A DNA stretch of 64,000 bases from an uncultured Acetobacteraceae bacterium (GCA_964249915.1 CAXUEL010000001.1:6659-70658), one strand, 5' to 3'; positions 1 through 13,029 are shown, counted from the stretch's first letter. The notes: generated by a model not told the origin, from the letters alone. Numbers and translations are program-made.

Positions 1-158
1 TAGCCCGCGCCTGCGCACCGCGGTGTCGCGTGTGCTTCTCGACCGTTGATCCCGCAGCGACAGGTGTCTGGCTGCACTGTCAGCTACAAAGGATCGCGCT
101 TCTATAATAACAATAATAACAATACCTTGGTCTATCATCCTCAAAAATCGCATCAAGA

Positions 159-1631
159 TCATGCCGGCATGGAGGATGCTTCACGATCAGCGACATCGGT
201 CGCGACGCTGCGGCGCCGTGCCAGCTTCAGCAGCCCGTCGATCATCAGGTCCGCGTCGCGGGTTGTCGTGCGATGGTTGACGATCGCCGCCCGGATCGCC
301 CGGCGACCGCGGATCACGGTGGTGGACGGCACTGCGATGCCGGATTCGTGCAGGTCCTTGACCAGCTCGGCGTTGAGGTGGTCGAGGTCGGCGGCACCTC
401 GACAAACCCGGAAGCAGACGATGTTGAGCGTCACCGGCGCCAGCAGCTCCAGCGACGGCTCGGCGCCGATCCGTGCCGCCAGGTGCTGCGCCACGGCGCA
501 GCTGTCGTCCACCAGCTGTCCCATACGATCAGCGCCGTAGGTGGCGATCGTCATCCAGACTTTGAGCGCCCGGAAGCCGCGCGACAGGTCCGGGCCGAGG
601 TCGCACGGCCAGGGTGCGTTGGCGGCGGCGCCCCGGTTCTCGCGCGACAGGTAGGCCAGGGTCTGAGCAAAGGCGTCCGCCTGCGCCTGTCCGTCGCGCA
701 CCAGGATGCAGCCGGCGTCGTACGGCACCTGGGCCCATTTGTGGAAGTCGAACGCCAGGCTGTCGGCGCGCTCGATGCCCCGGAGCCGCGGCCGGACCCT
801 CGGCGACAGCGCCGCCAGGGCGCCGAACGCGCCGTCGACGTGGAACCAGAGCCCGTGCGCGGCACAATGGTCGGCGACGGCATCGAGCGGGTCGATCGCC
901 CCGGTGTCCACCGTGCCCGCGGTGGCCGCGACCAGGAACGGCGTCAGGCCGATGGCGCGGTCGCGTTCCACCGCCTCCGCCAGGGCGGGCAGGCTCATGC
1001 GGCCATCCGGGTCCGGCGGGATCGTGCGCAGGGCGCCGGTGCCGAGGCCGACTAGGTCGAAGGCGCGGGGAATGCAGCCATGCGCGCTGGCGCCGGCATA
1101 GCCGACCAGTCCACTGCCGCCGACCCCGTCCCTGCGCACCGCGGCTCCCGCCGCCGCCCGCCTGGCCACCAGCACGGCGATCATGTTGGCCATCGATGAA
1201 CCGGTCACCAGGATGCCGGAGCTGTCGGCCGGCATGCCCACCATCTCCGCCGCCCAGGCGATCACGGTGCGTTCCAGTTCGATCGGCGCGTGGTCGCGGC
1301 CGCCGAGGTTGGCGTTCAGCCCGGCCGCCAGCAGCTCGGCCAGCATGCCGATCCCGGTGCCGCCGCCATGCACCCAGCCCATGAACCGCGGGTGGGTGTT
1401 GCCCAGCGCATACGGCACCACCTGCGCCTGGAACGCCTCGTACAGCGCCGCCGGGTCGGTCGGCCCGCGCGGCAGTGCCGTGCGCAGCGCCCGACGCGTC
1501 TCGGCCGGCATCGGCTGCCAGACCGGGCCGTCACCCGCGCCGTGCGCCGCCAGACGGTCGATCATGTCGTCCAGCATGCGGTGGCCGAGCGCACGCAGGC
1601 CCTGCCAATCGTCCGGATCGAGGCCGGCCAT
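159..1631 (-). CDS. Group II PLP-dependent amino acid decarboxylase (aromatic-L-amino-acid/glutamate decarboxylase family)
   Basis: 490 aa; motifs ATAGTVDTGAID, WFHVDGAFG, DSLAFDFHKW (PLP lysine). Confidence 0.9.
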   Translation of the reverse strand: MAGLDPDDWQGLRALGHRMLDDMIDRLAAHGAGDGPVWQPMPAETRRALRTALPRGPTDPAALYEAFQAQVVPYALGNTHPRFMGWVHGGGTGIGMLAELLAAGLNANLGGRDHAPIELERTVIAWAAEMVGMPADSSGILVTGSSMANMIAVLVARRAAAGAAVRRDGVGGSGLVGYAGASAHGCIPRAFDLVGLGTGALRTIPPDPDGRMSLPALAEAVERDRAIGLTPFLVAATAGTVDTGAIDPLDAVADHCAAHGLWFHVDGAFGALAALSPRVRPRLRGIERADSLAFDFHKWAQVPYDAGCILVRDGQAQADAFAQTLAYLSRENRGAAANAPWPCDLGPDLSRGFRALKVWMTIATYGADRMGQLVDDSCAVAQHLAARIGAEPSLELLAPVTLNIVCFRVCRGAADLDHLNAELVKDLHESGIAVPSTTVIRGRRAIRAAIVNHRTTTRDADLMIDGLLKLARRRSVATDVADREASSMPA

Positions 1632-1747
1632 CGTCGCTCCCCTGGATAACTGAAACGTGCTAGCTGCATGCGTGCGGGCGCCGGCGTGCGCCCCGCTCCC
1701 ATTGCAGCCCGGAGCAAGCCCGGGAACAAGGGAGTCTCCAAGCGGAT

Positions 1748-2587
1748 GTGGGCTGCATGTTCTTTGCCGGCTTTCACTACGAAGAGATGACGCTGTCCGG
1801 CACGCGCTACCGGCTCCGCACCGGCGGTCTGGCGGGCTGGAAGGCGGCGCCGCTGCTGCTGCTGCACGGGCAGCCGCAGACCCATGCCATGTGGCATCAG
1901 GTGGCGCCGGCGCTGAGCGACCGTTTCGCGGTGGTGTGCGCCGACCTGCCCGCGCACCTCACGGTGGGCGAGCTCGCCCACGACATGCTCACGCTGATGC
2001 GCCGGCTCGGCCACCGCCGCTTCTCGGTCGCGGGGCATGATTTCGGTGCCCACGTGGCGGCGCGTCTCGCCCTGGACGCGCCGGACAAGGTCGACCGGCT
2101 GGGGCTGATCGAGGCGGTGCCGCTGCTCGACCATTCCGGGCGGGACGACATGGCGTTCGCGCTCGCCGGCTACGAGGCGTGCTGGTTCGCGCAGCTGCAT
2201 CCCAAGCCGGAGGCGCTGCTGGTGAAGGCGCCGGACGACTGGTTCCGCCTGGTCGCCCCGGACGAGAAGCCGGACATGTTCGATCCGGAGGCGGTCGCCG
2301 ACTACCTGCTGGAAGGCGGCTGGAACGAGGAGCAGCGCGGCCACGGTGCCGCCGCGGACGGTCCGGTGCCGGCCCAGGATCCGGCGCTGCGGCCGATCGG
2401 CTGCCCGGTGCTGCTGGTCTGGGGCACGCGCGGGCGGATCGGCGGCTGGTACGACCCGCGGACGCTGTGGCAGAACGGCGTCGCCGGCACGGTGGAGGGC
2501 GGCCCGATCGAGGCCGGACACTTCATCCCGGAGGAAGCGCCCCACGACCTCGCCGAACGGCTGCGGGACTTCTTCGTCGTCGGTTGA
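1748..2587 (+). CDS. Alpha/beta hydrolase, haloacetate dehalogenase/epoxide hydrolase-like
   Basis: LLHGQPQTHAMWH, nucleophile elbow GHDFG, C-terminal GHFIPEEAP. Confidence 0.85.
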   Translation: MGCMFFAGFHYEEMTLSGTRYRLRTGGLAGWKAAPLLLLHGQPQTHAMWHQVAPALSDRFAVVCADLPAHLTVGELAHDMLTLMRRLGHRRFSVAGHDFGAHVAARLALDAPDKVDRLGLIEAVPLLDHSGRDDMAFALAGYEACWFAQLHPKPEALLVKAPDDWFRLVAPDEKPDMFDPEAVADYLLEGGWNEEQRGHGAAADGPVPAQDPALRPIGCPVLLVWGTRGRIGGWYDPRTLWQNGVAGTVEGGPIEAGHFIPEEAPHDLAERLRDFFVVG

Positions 2588-2780
2588 AGCGGTCGCTGGC
2601 GCCAGCCGTCAGCTGCCAGCCCGGCACCGCGGGATCGTCTCCCGTCAGATATGATCCTCACCCGTCGGGACGGATCTCTTTCTTGATAGACCGGCAACAA
2701 AACAATGCGTTACCCTGCGCGAAGAGGTCATCCAGATCCGAACGCGGTGCGTAGACGCCCGAGGTAAGAGGAAACGTTCC

Positions 2781-3122
2781 ATGTTGGACTCCACGCTGTC
2801 TGAGTGCGCGCTGCGCCGGGCCTGGCGCCAGGCCGATCTCGAAGTGGCGAAGAGCCTCGCGGCCTTCTGCTACGGCAAGGCGGGAACCATCGACGCCGAG
2901 CACCTGTCGCAGTCGGTTGCCGCTGCGACTCGGCAACGCCGGGAGCTGGCGGCACGCCTGGAGGAACGATCCAGGCCGAGGGCCGTCGCGGCGCCCGCGG
3001 ATCCCGTCGCCTCCCGCCCGGCCGAGCTGATCAGGCAGGCGGTCACCCAGACCAGGGCGCTCCAGCCGTTCAAGGAGATGTCGTCCCTGTCCCTACTGCG
3101 CCAGCGTCTTTCGGCGGCCTGA
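2781..3122 (+). CDS. Hypothetical protein (113 aa)
   Basis: ATG ORF with typical GC3 codon usage; no recognised motif. Confidence 0.5.
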   Translation: MLDSTLSECALRRAWRQADLEVAKSLAAFCYGKAGTIDAEHLSQSVAAATRQRRELAARLEERSRPRAVAAPADPVASRPAELIRQAVTQTRALQPFKEMSSLSLLRQRLSAA

Positions 3123-3189
3123 GCAGCGCGGCCGCCGCGCGTCCCGACCGGTACGGCCGGCGCGCGGCACCCGGCCGGGCGAAGCCGGC

Positions 3190-3770
3190 GAGCGGGCCGC
3201 GGTCGGTCGTGCGGTCGGTGCCGGTGATGCAGCCCGCCTCGTCGGACACGAGCAGGACGGCCGAGACCGTGACCTCTTCCGGCAGGCCGAACCGGCCTGG
3301 TGGCATGTCGGCGATTAGCGCGTCCAGCTGCCCCGTACGGTCCGCACCCTGCCCCGGCATCGGCTCCCGGATCGGTGTCGGGGTGGCACCGGGATGGATC
3401 GAGTTGCAGCGGATGGCGAGCTGCGTGCACCGGAGGGCCATCGCATTGATATGGTTGCGCATGAAAGCTCCGGGCAAGGCATAGGCTGCAGCGGCCGGGA
3501 CGCCGGCCAGGCCGGAGCGGGACGACATGTTGATGTTCGCGCCGCGGCCGGTCGAACGCATCGTTTTGATCGCCCGCCTGTAGCCGAGGACCGTCGAGGC
3601 TGGCGTGATGCCACGGCCTGCTAGTCCTGCAGCGACGCGTGCTCCGGATCGTGGACGGCGCGCCGGTCTTGGGACCGATGACCACGGCGCTGTCGACCAG
3701 GATATCGAACTGGCCTGTGCGCGCCAGCAGGTCGCTCACCACCGCTTCCCGGGCGCACCGCAGCACCTTC
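3190..3770 (-). pseudogene. Decayed short-chain dehydrogenase/reductase (approximate bounds)
   Basis: SDR fragments in different frames: GQFDILVDSAVVIG; INMSSRSGLAGVPAAAAYA; IRCNSIHPG; GRFGLPEEV. Confidence 0.6.
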
Positions 3771-3892
3771 GGTCACGAACGCCCGCGCCATGGCCAGCCC
3801 GGGAGGCAGCGGACGGCCCCGGTGACGAGGGCGACCCGGCCGTGCAGCCTGTCAGGAATCGTGCCCGATCCCGACCCGCGCGGACGGTCCGC

Positions 3893-5098
3893 TCACCCCG
3901 ACAGGCCGGCGCAGAACCTGGCAATCCTGTCGCAGGCCCGGACCAGCGACTCGTCGCTCGACGCGACGCTGAGCCGGACGAACGGACTCATCCCGAACGC
4001 GCTGCCGGCCACGGTGGCGACATGCTGCTCTTCCAGCAGGGCCAGCGCGAAGTCGTCGTCAGTGGCGATCGGGCGTCCGCCGGCACTGGTGCGCCCGAGG
4101 CATCCGGCCACGCCCGGGTAGGCATAGAACGCGCCGTCCGGCACCGCACAGCTCAACCGGGGGATCGCCCGCAGCGCCGACACTACCAGGTCGCGGCGGC
4201 GGCGATAGGTGTCGCGCATGACCCCTACGCCGTCCTGCGGCCCGGACAGCGCCGCCACCGCCGCCGCCTGCGAGATCGACGACGCGCCGGAGGTCGAATG
4301 GCTCTGGATCGTCGACATCGCCTCGATCAGCCCCGCCGGCCCGCCGGCATAGCCGATCCGCCAGCCGGTCATCGCGTAGCTCTTGGATACGCCGGACAGC
4401 GTGAGCACCCGGTCGCGCAAGGCCGGCGCGGCGCGGGCCAGCGACACGTGCGGCGCGTCGTCGAACACGAGATGCTCGTAGATCTCGTCGCACAGGACCC
4501 ACACCTGCGGATGGCGCTCCAGCACGCCGGCCAGGGCCAGCAGGTCGGGTTCCGGACAGGTCGCGCCGGTCGGGTTGTTGGGAAAGTTCAGGATCACCCA
4601 GCGCGTGCGCGGCCCGATCGCCGCCTCCAGCGCCTCCGGCCGCAACCGGAACCGGTCGGCCTCGCGGCACGGCGCGAACACCGGCACGCCGCCCAGCAAC
4701 CGGACGATCAGCGGGTAGCTGGCCCAGTACGGCGACGGGATCACCACCTCGTCGCCGGGACCCAGCGTCGCCATCAGCGCGTTGAACAGGACCTGCTTGC
4801 CGCCGTTGGCGACGATCACCTCGTCGGCTGCGAACTGCAGCCCGTTCTCGCGCGCGAACTTGGCCCGCACCGCCGCCTTCAGCGCCGCGGTGCCGTCGGT
4901 CGGCGGATACTTCGTGTCGCCGTCGAGTGCTGCGCGGTGCGCGCCCTCCACCGCATGCGCCGGCGTCGCGAAGTCCGGCTCGCCCAGCGCCAGCGAGATC
5001 ACGTCGTGCCCCGCCGCACGCAGCGCGCGGGCGCGCACCGCCATCGCCACCGTGGCCGGCGCGGACAGACCCGACAGCCTCTCGGCGAGCTCCGGCAC
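3893..5098 (-). CDS. Class I/II PLP aminotransferase (aspartate aminotransferase-like), paralog 2
   Basis: [32 protein letters not shown]; GTG start. Confidence 0.9.
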   Translation of the reverse strand: MPELAERLSGLSAPATVAMAVRARALRAAGHDVISLALGEPDFATPAHAVEGAHRAALDGDTKYPPTDGTAALKAAVRAKFARENGLQFAADEVIVANGGKQVLFNALMATLGPGDEVVIPSPYWASYPLIVRLLGGVPVFAPCREADRFRLRPEALEAAIGPRTRWVILNFPNNPTGATCPEPDLLALAGVLERHPQVWVLCDEIYEHLVFDDAPHVSLARAAPALRDRVLTLSGVSKSYAMTGWRIGYAGGPAGLIEAMSTIQSHSTSGASSISQAAAVAALSGPQDGVGVMRDTYRRRRDLVVSALRAIPRLSCAVPDGAFYAYPGVAGCLGRTSAGGRPIATDDDFALALLEEQHVATVAGSAFGMSPFVRLSVASSDESLVRACDRIARFCAGLSG

Positions 5099-5110
5099 GG
5101 CGCGTCCGCC

Positions 5111-7880
<2,770 letters not shown>

Positions 7881-7913
7881 GCAGAGCCTCCGGCCGCTGG
7901 AGGATAGGCCGGT

Positions 7914-8774
7914 TCAGCCGTAGCCGGCCATCGCCCGCACGGCCGCCGGATCGAGCCCCTGCGCCCGCAAGCCGGCCAGGCTGGCGGCGCCGTCGCGCTT
8001 GGCGAGCCGGCGTCCGTCCGGGCCGCACAGCAGCGGATGATGCGCATAGGCCGGCTCCGGCCAGCCCATCAGCGCCTGCAGCAGCCGGTGCAGGTCGGTG
8101 CAGGGCAGCAGGTCGACCCCGCGCGTCACCAGCGTGACGCCGGCGAGCGCGTCGTCATGGGTGACGCACAGGTGGTAGCTGGCAGGCACCTCCTTGCGCG
8201 CCAGCACCACGTCGCCGAACCGTTCGGGACGGCAGCGGACCCGTCCCTGCCCGTCCTCGTGGCGATCCAGCGGACCGGCCGCCCGGCAGGCCGCCGCCAT
8301 GTCGAGGCGCAGCGCGTGCGGCGCCCCGGCGGCGAGGCGCTCGGTCCGAACGACCGGATCGAGCCCGCGGCAGGTGCCGGGATACAGGGCGGCCCCGTCC
8401 GGTGCCCGATGCGGCGCCGAACCGGCAGCGAGTATGTCGGCCCGGGTGCAGAAGCAGGGGTAGAGCAGCCCCTGGGCACCGAGCCGGTCGAGCGCTTGTC
8501 GATACTCCGGGAGGTGCGACGACTGCACCCGGACCGGCCCGTCCCAGTCCAGGCCGAGCCAGCGGAGGTCGCGCAACGCCGCGTCCGCCCAGTCCGGCCG
8601 GCAGCGGCCAGTGTCGATGTCCTCCAGACGCAGCAGGAACCGGCCGCCGGCCTGCCGTGCCCGGGTCCAGCCGGCCAGCGCCGAGCAAGCGTGGCCCAGG
8701 TGCAGCAGCCCGGTAGGGCTGGGGGCGAACCGGGTGCAGACGGCGCCGTCGACCGGTATCCGGAGTTCGCTCAT
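7914..8774 (-). CDS. gluQ: tRNA glutamyl-Q(34) synthetase GluQRS
   Basis: RFAPSPTGLLHLGH (HIGH-like), YPCFCTR, RLAKRD; short, no anticodon-binding domain. Confidence 0.9.
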   Translation of the reverse strand: MSELRIPVDGAVCTRFAPSPTGLLHLGHACSALAGWTRARQAGGRFLLRLEDIDTGRCRPDWADAALRDLRWLGLDWDGPVRVQSSHLPEYRQALDRLGAQGLLYPCFCTRADILAAGSAPHRAPDGAALYPGTCRGLDPVVRTERLAAGAPHALRLDMAAACRAAGPLDRHEDGQGRVRCRPERFGDVVLARKEVPASYHLCVTHDDALAGVTLVTRGVDLLPCTDLHRLLQALMGWPEPAYAHHPLLCGPDGRRLAKRDGAASLAGLRAQGLDPAAVRAMAGYG

Positions 8775-8996
8775 GCGACGGGATCGTGACACGAAGGCGG
8801 CGAATCCGCATCCGGCTTGCGGAGCGTCCAACCCTCTGCAATAGAAAGAACGGGTTCTCGACGACGCAGTCCGGCTGGCGTTCGTTTGATCGAATGTTCC
8901 GGCGCCGTGCATCGTCCCGGTCAAGGATGCGCTCTTGCCTGCTGGCGGCCGTTTCTGCCTGTTGTCGCTCCCAGGTCCGGCCGGGCTTTCCGCCGC

Positions 8997-9554
8997 GTGA
9001 GCCACATCCCGACCCTGCAGACCCTGGTGCTGAACGCCGACATGCAGCCGATGAGCTGGGGTCCGCTGTCGGTGTGGTCGTGGCAGGACGCGCTAGTGGC
9101 GGTGCTGCAGGAGCGTGTCACGCCGGTGATCAACTACGAGCACGAGGTGCGCTCGGCCACCCGCTCCTTCCCGATCCCGTCGGTGGTGGCGCTGAAGCAG
9201 TACCACCGGCGCAAGCGGGTGGCGTTCACCCGCTACCACGTGTTCCTGCGCGACGGGTTCCGCTGCCAGTACTGCAGCCAGGAGCTGTCGGCCAAGGAGC
9301 TCACCTTCGACCACGTGGTGCCGCGCTGCCGCGGCGGCACCACCTCGTGGAGCAACGTCGTCACCTGCTGCCAGCGCGACAACCTGCGCAAAGGCAGCCA
9401 GTCGCTCAAGCAGAGCGGCATGCACCTTCTGCGCCGTCCGAGCGAGCCGAGCCCCCGCCAGGTGGACGAGGCGGCCAAGCGGCACGCACCGCGCGACAAC
9501 CTGCACAAGACCTGGCTCGACTTCCTGTATTGGGACGCCAGCCTGGAGGCGTGA
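8997..9554 (+). CDS. HNH endonuclease (McrA/HNH_5-like)
   Basis: LRDGFRCQYC...LTFDHVVPRCRGG.TSWSNVVTCC..DN.RKG; GTG start inferred. Confidence 0.85.
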   Translation: MSHIPTLQTLVLNADMQPMSWGPLSVWSWQDALVAVLQERVTPVINYEHEVRSATRSFPIPSVVALKQYHRRKRVAFTRYHVFLRDGFRCQYCSQELSAKELTFDHVVPRCRGGTTSWSNVVTCCQRDNLRKGSQSLKQSGMHLLRRPSEPSPRQVDEAAKRHAPRDNLHKTWLDFLYWDASLEA

Positions 9555-9561
9555 GACCCGT

Positions 9562-10320
9562 TCAGCGCGTGCCGGCGCCGTCCAGGTCGGGCAGCGCCAC
9601 ACGGCCGGCGAAGACCTGCGCCACCGCCCCTGCCAGCACCTCCTGCACGCCCGACACCACGATCTGCACCCCGATGCACAGCAGGATCAGCGCCACCAGC
9701 CGGGTGACGATGCGCGCCCCCGACCGCCCCAGCAGCCGCACCAGCCGCGGCGCCCCCGAGTAGGCGATCCACACGATCGCGCACACCGCGGCGGCCGCCA
9801 GGCAGGCGCCGATGGTGAAGCCGAGCTGGTTGAGCAGCCCTGGCGCATCCGGCCGCTCCGCCCCCAGCGCGATCGCCACCGAGATACTGCCCGGCCCGAC
9901 CGTGAACGGCATGGTCAGCGGGAAGAACGCGGTGGAGGACACGTCGGCCGACGCCGTGCGGCCGTCCTGCCGCGCCTGGTCCTCCTTCTTGGCCTCGTTG
10001 GCTTCCGGCGCCTGCAGCAGGCTCCAGGCCCGCACTGCCACCACCAGGCCGCCGGCGATCCGGAGCGCTCCGATGGTGATGCCGAAGAAGGCGAGCAACG
10101 TGCTGCCGATCCACAGCGACACCAGCAGGATCAGCAGGCCGTAGAGCGCCACCTTGCGCGCCAGCATCGCCCGTTCCGCCGGGCTGCGCCCGTCGGTGAC
10201 CTCGGCGAAGATCAGCGAGGCGCCGAGCGGGTTGACGATGGAGAAAAGCGCCGGGAACGCCAGCAGGAAGGCGCCGGACACGCTGGCGAACCGCGCCGTC
10301 TCGGCGCTCGGGAAGACCAT
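9562..10320 (-). CDS. MarC family membrane protein
   Basis: LFSIVNPLG, LRIAGG, FFPLTMPFTVGPGSIS; six hydrophobic segments; start approximate. Confidence 0.85.
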   Translation of the reverse strand: MVFPSAETARFASVSGAFLLAFPALFSIVNPLGASLIFAEVTDGRSPAERAMLARKVALYGLLILLVSLWIGSTLLAFFGITIGALRIAGGLVVAVRAWSLLQAPEANEAKKEDQARQDGRTASADVSSTAFFPLTMPFTVGPGSISVAIALGAERPDAPGLLNQLGFTIGACLAAAAVCAIVWIAYSGAPRLVRLLGRSGARIVTRLVALILLCIGVQIVVSGVQEVLAGAVAQVFAGRVALPDLDGAGTR

Positions 10321-10468
10321 GGGCGCTCCGGGTGGAAGGGCTTCGGGTTCGAGGGCCGACCATAGCCCGGACGGACGGCCTGTCGAGACGGTCGCCGCTG
10401 GTGGTGACACCTGCGCCAAGGACTTGCGCGCCCTCCGGCAGTGCCCTAAATGCTCCGCGGTTGGCCAC

Positions 10469-10544
10469 GTCCTGTTCGTCTAGAGGCCTAGGACACCGCC
10501 CTCTCACGGCGGTAACAGGGGTTCGAATCCCCTACGGGACGCCA
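10469..10544 (+). tRNA. tRNA-Glu (anticodon CUC)
   Basis: 76 nt; acceptor GTCCTGT/ACGGGAC, anticodon arm CCGCC-CT-CTC-AC-GGCGG, T-loop GTTCGAATC, encoded CCA. Confidence 0.97.
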
Positions 10545-10570
10545 GCCTTCCGCGATTATAGCTTGTTTTA

Positions 10571-10619
10571 TGGTCCAATTCTGGTCCAATCCGCCCGGCG
10601 ACGGGGAGTGGTTGGACCA
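10571..10619. repeat. Putative integrase arm-type binding sites
   Basis: TGGTCCAAT at 10571 and 10582 (11-bp period) and inverted TTGGACCA at 10612, just before the integrase ATG. Confidence 0.6.
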
Positions 10620-11801
10620 ATGGCGCGGACAAAGGCGGCAGATAACACCACGGACCCAGCGACCGGGCGCCCGCTCCCTGCGGGTGTGGCGTATCGCGGA
10701 CCCGCACAGTATCGCGCCAGGAAGCTCGTCGACGGGCAGCGCATCACCCGCACCTTCGAGACAGCTCGTAACGCCCGCGAGTGGCTGGAGGAGACGGCGG
10801 TCCGGGTTCGGGAGGGGTCCTTCGTGGACAGGCGACCTCTGGACCAATCGACGCTGGCCGAATTGGTCCAGAAATACGTGGACGCAGAGATGCAGGACGG
10901 CGGGCGCCGCCGGGGTGCGGCCGAAGACCGCGGCCATATCCCGGCTATCACCTCCGACGCCATCGGCAAGCTCCCGCTGTCCCGGCTGACGCCCGCAGCG
11001 GTCAGGGGGTTCAGAGACCGGCAGAAGCACAAGTTCGCGGCGGCAACCGTCGTCAAGCGGCTGAACCTTCTGGCGGGCATCCTTGCCCACGCCATCGCCG
11101 AGTGGGACCTGCCGCTGGGAGCCAATCCGGCGTCAAGCAAGTCGGTCGCTCGCCCCGAGGGCGCCGACGTGAAGCGCGACCGACGCCTGATGCTGCCGAC
11201 TGCCCAAGCCGTCCGTGCTGCCGCCGCCCGGGGCGAGGAGCCGCCTAAGGGCGAAGAGACCTCGCTGCTCGAGGCGGTGGCGAAGAGCGGGTGCCCGGAC
11301 GACATCCTGGTCGTGAGGCTCGCGATCGCCCAGGCCATGCGCCAGGGTGAGATTCTAGCTCTCCGATGGGGTGATATCGACGAGGATGCTCGGGTCATGA
11401 AAGTCCGCGGGCGACACGGCCGGGGCACGAAGACGGCAAAGCACCAGAAGACTGCGCGCACCAAGGCCGAGGTCGGCTGGGAAGTCCGTCCCTTGATGCC
11501 CGAGGCGCTTGATATCCTCAGCGAGAAGCGAGGCCACAGGGAGCCGCAGGCGGACGAGCTCGTGTTCGACGTTGGTGGGAGTGCCGCATTCAAGGTCCGC
11601 ATCGGCCGCCGCTTCGCCTCCGCGTGCGCCGACCTCACATTCCACGACCTGCGACACGAAGCCACGTCTCGCCTGGCCAAGCGATACCCAAACCCCATGG
11701 ACCTCAAGCGGGTGACGGGGCACCAGGACCTGAAGTCCCTGGATCGCTACTATCAGCCGGACCTCACCGAGCTGGCGGGCGCAAGGGAAACCGCGGCGTG
11801 A
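10620..11801 (+). CDS. int: Phage tyrosine integrase
   Basis: AMRQGEILALRW (R), TFHDLRHEATSRL (HxxR), VTGHQDLKSLDRYY (H, Y); N-terminal arm-binding region. Confidence 0.93.
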   Translation: MARTKAADNTTDPATGRPLPAGVAYRGPAQYRARKLVDGQRITRTFETARNAREWLEETAVRVREGSFVDRRPLDQSTLAELVQKYVDAEMQDGGRRRGAAEDRGHIPAITSDAIGKLPLSRLTPAAVRGFRDRQKHKFAAATVVKRLNLLAGILAHAIAEWDLPLGANPASSKSVARPEGADVKRDRRLMLPTAQAVRAAAARGEEPPKGEETSLLEAVAKSGCPDDILVVRLAIAQAMRQGEILALRWGDIDEDARVMKVRGRHGRGTKTAKHQKTARTKAEVGWEVRPLMPEALDILSEKRGHREPQADELVFDVGGSAAFKVRIGRRFASACADLTFHDLRHEATSRLAKRYPNPMDLKRVTGHQDLKSLDRYYQPDLTELAGARETAA

Positions 11802-12174
11802 TTTCACGCTTGCGTATCCAGAAAATCGTGGGACCCTCAGTGATGTAAAGGCTCCATCCTGGCGGCGGCGACGTCGACGGGGAGGTAGGCGCCCCGCCAA
11901 AGTCGGCCACCAGCAGCACGGTGGCCATATCCGAACCGGCCATCAGAGCCGGGCGCACAGGTGTCCGGCTGCGAGCCGGTAGGCAAGGAGTCCTCCCCGC
12001 ACGGGAGGACACACCGCACCGAGATCCAGGCGGCCGGGGGAGACCTCGGGACGGCGGGCGGCCCAGGAACACGGGCCGCGTTGGGGGTGATGCCCCGAAG
12101 CCGGTGTGTAGCTTTCCCGGCCACGTCCAGAGCGCCGCCCGTGGCAGGCCGCGCTCCGACGCCTGGAGTCCGCC

Positions 12175-12474
12175 GTGCCTGCCCTACCCTCAACCGTCGC
12201 ACCTGCGGTGCTCTCGTACGCTCAGGCCGCCGACTACCTCGGCCTGCCCTCCGTTGGGGCGCTCAGAAACCTAGTCTACCGAAGGACGGCCCCGCCCTCG
12301 ATCGCTTTCGGCCAGAGGGACCGTCGCTTCCGGAGAGCTGACATCGACGCGTGGCTCGCGGCAAAAGCGCGTGCTGGTCAGGTCGAGAGTGCGGTCGCGG
12401 AGGCACGGCAGCCGCAGGTGCCCCGCCGTAGGGGTAGGCCGACGAAGGCTGAGGCACTGGCGCGGCGGGGGTAG
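12175..12474 (+). CDS. Excisionase / AlpA-like HTH protein
   Basis: LSYAQAADYLGL...RRFRRADIDAWL pattern; basic RRRGRPTK tail. Confidence 0.8.
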   Translation: MPALPSTVAPAVLSYAQAADYLGLPSVGALRNLVYRRTAPPSIAFGQRDRRFRRADIDAWLAAKARAGQVESAVAEARQPQVPRRRGRPTKAEALARRG

Positions 12475-12493
12475 CGGCTGGCAGCATCCCGCC

Positions 12494-12964
12494 ATGCCGC
12501 AGCAGACCACCCGCTATCAGTCCCCCTTCCCCGAGGTCTCGGACGTGCGCCGCCGCACGATGTCCAGGATCCGCAGTAAGAACACCAAGCCAGAGATGCT
12601 GGTCCGCCGAGCGATCCATGGCCTGGGCTACCGCTTCAGGCTGCATCGCCGAGATCTGCCCGGCCGACCTGACATCGTGTTCCCCGGTAGACGCAAGGCC
12701 GTCTTCATCCACGGCTGCTTCTGGCACCAGCACGCCATGCCTGGCTGCCGGGATTCAGGGCTGCCTCGAACGCGACGAGACTACTGGGTCCCCAAGTTGG
12801 AGAGGAATGTTGCCCGCGATCGTTGCAACGTGGCCGAACTGCGCGCCGCTGGATGGGGCGTGTTGGTCATCTGGGAATGCGAGCTCAATGACATGCAGGC
12901 AGTCCTCGAACGCCTCGTCGCGTTTCTTGGGCTACCAAGATCAGCAGGCCAGCCAAAGCGGTGA
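12494..12964 (+). CDS. vsr: Very short patch repair endonuclease
   Basis: MSRIRSKNTKPE, GYRFRLH..DLPGRPDIVF, FIHGCFWHQH, LVIWEC. Confidence 0.93.
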   Translation: MPQQTTRYQSPFPEVSDVRRRTMSRIRSKNTKPEMLVRRAIHGLGYRFRLHRRDLPGRPDIVFPGRRKAVFIHGCFWHQHAMPGCRDSGLPRTRRDYWVPKLERNVARDRCNVAELRAAGWGVLVIWECELNDMQAVLERLVAFLGLPRSAGQPKR

Positions 12965-13029
12965 AAGCCGTCCGAGGATGCCCGCGCATTCGATCGTCGG
13001 CTCCAACCCCGCCGACGTCTTCCTGCCGT

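Noticed and set aside
46-540. ORF with a poly-Asn stretch
   Set aside because: Antisense to the decarboxylase; the Asn run just reads the AAT/AAC repeat.
7914-10544. Functional link between gluQ and the nearby tRNA-Glu
   Set aside because: GluQRS modifies queuosine on tRNA-Asp, not tRNA-Glu; the proximity is probably incidental.
9532-10548. 13-bp direct repeat GGGACGCCAGCCT at 9532 and at the tRNA 3' end (10536) as an att pair
   Set aside because: The first copy is upstream of the tRNA, inside the conserved WDASL end of the HNH gene. The interval holds only marC and the tRNA, so it is most likely coincidence.
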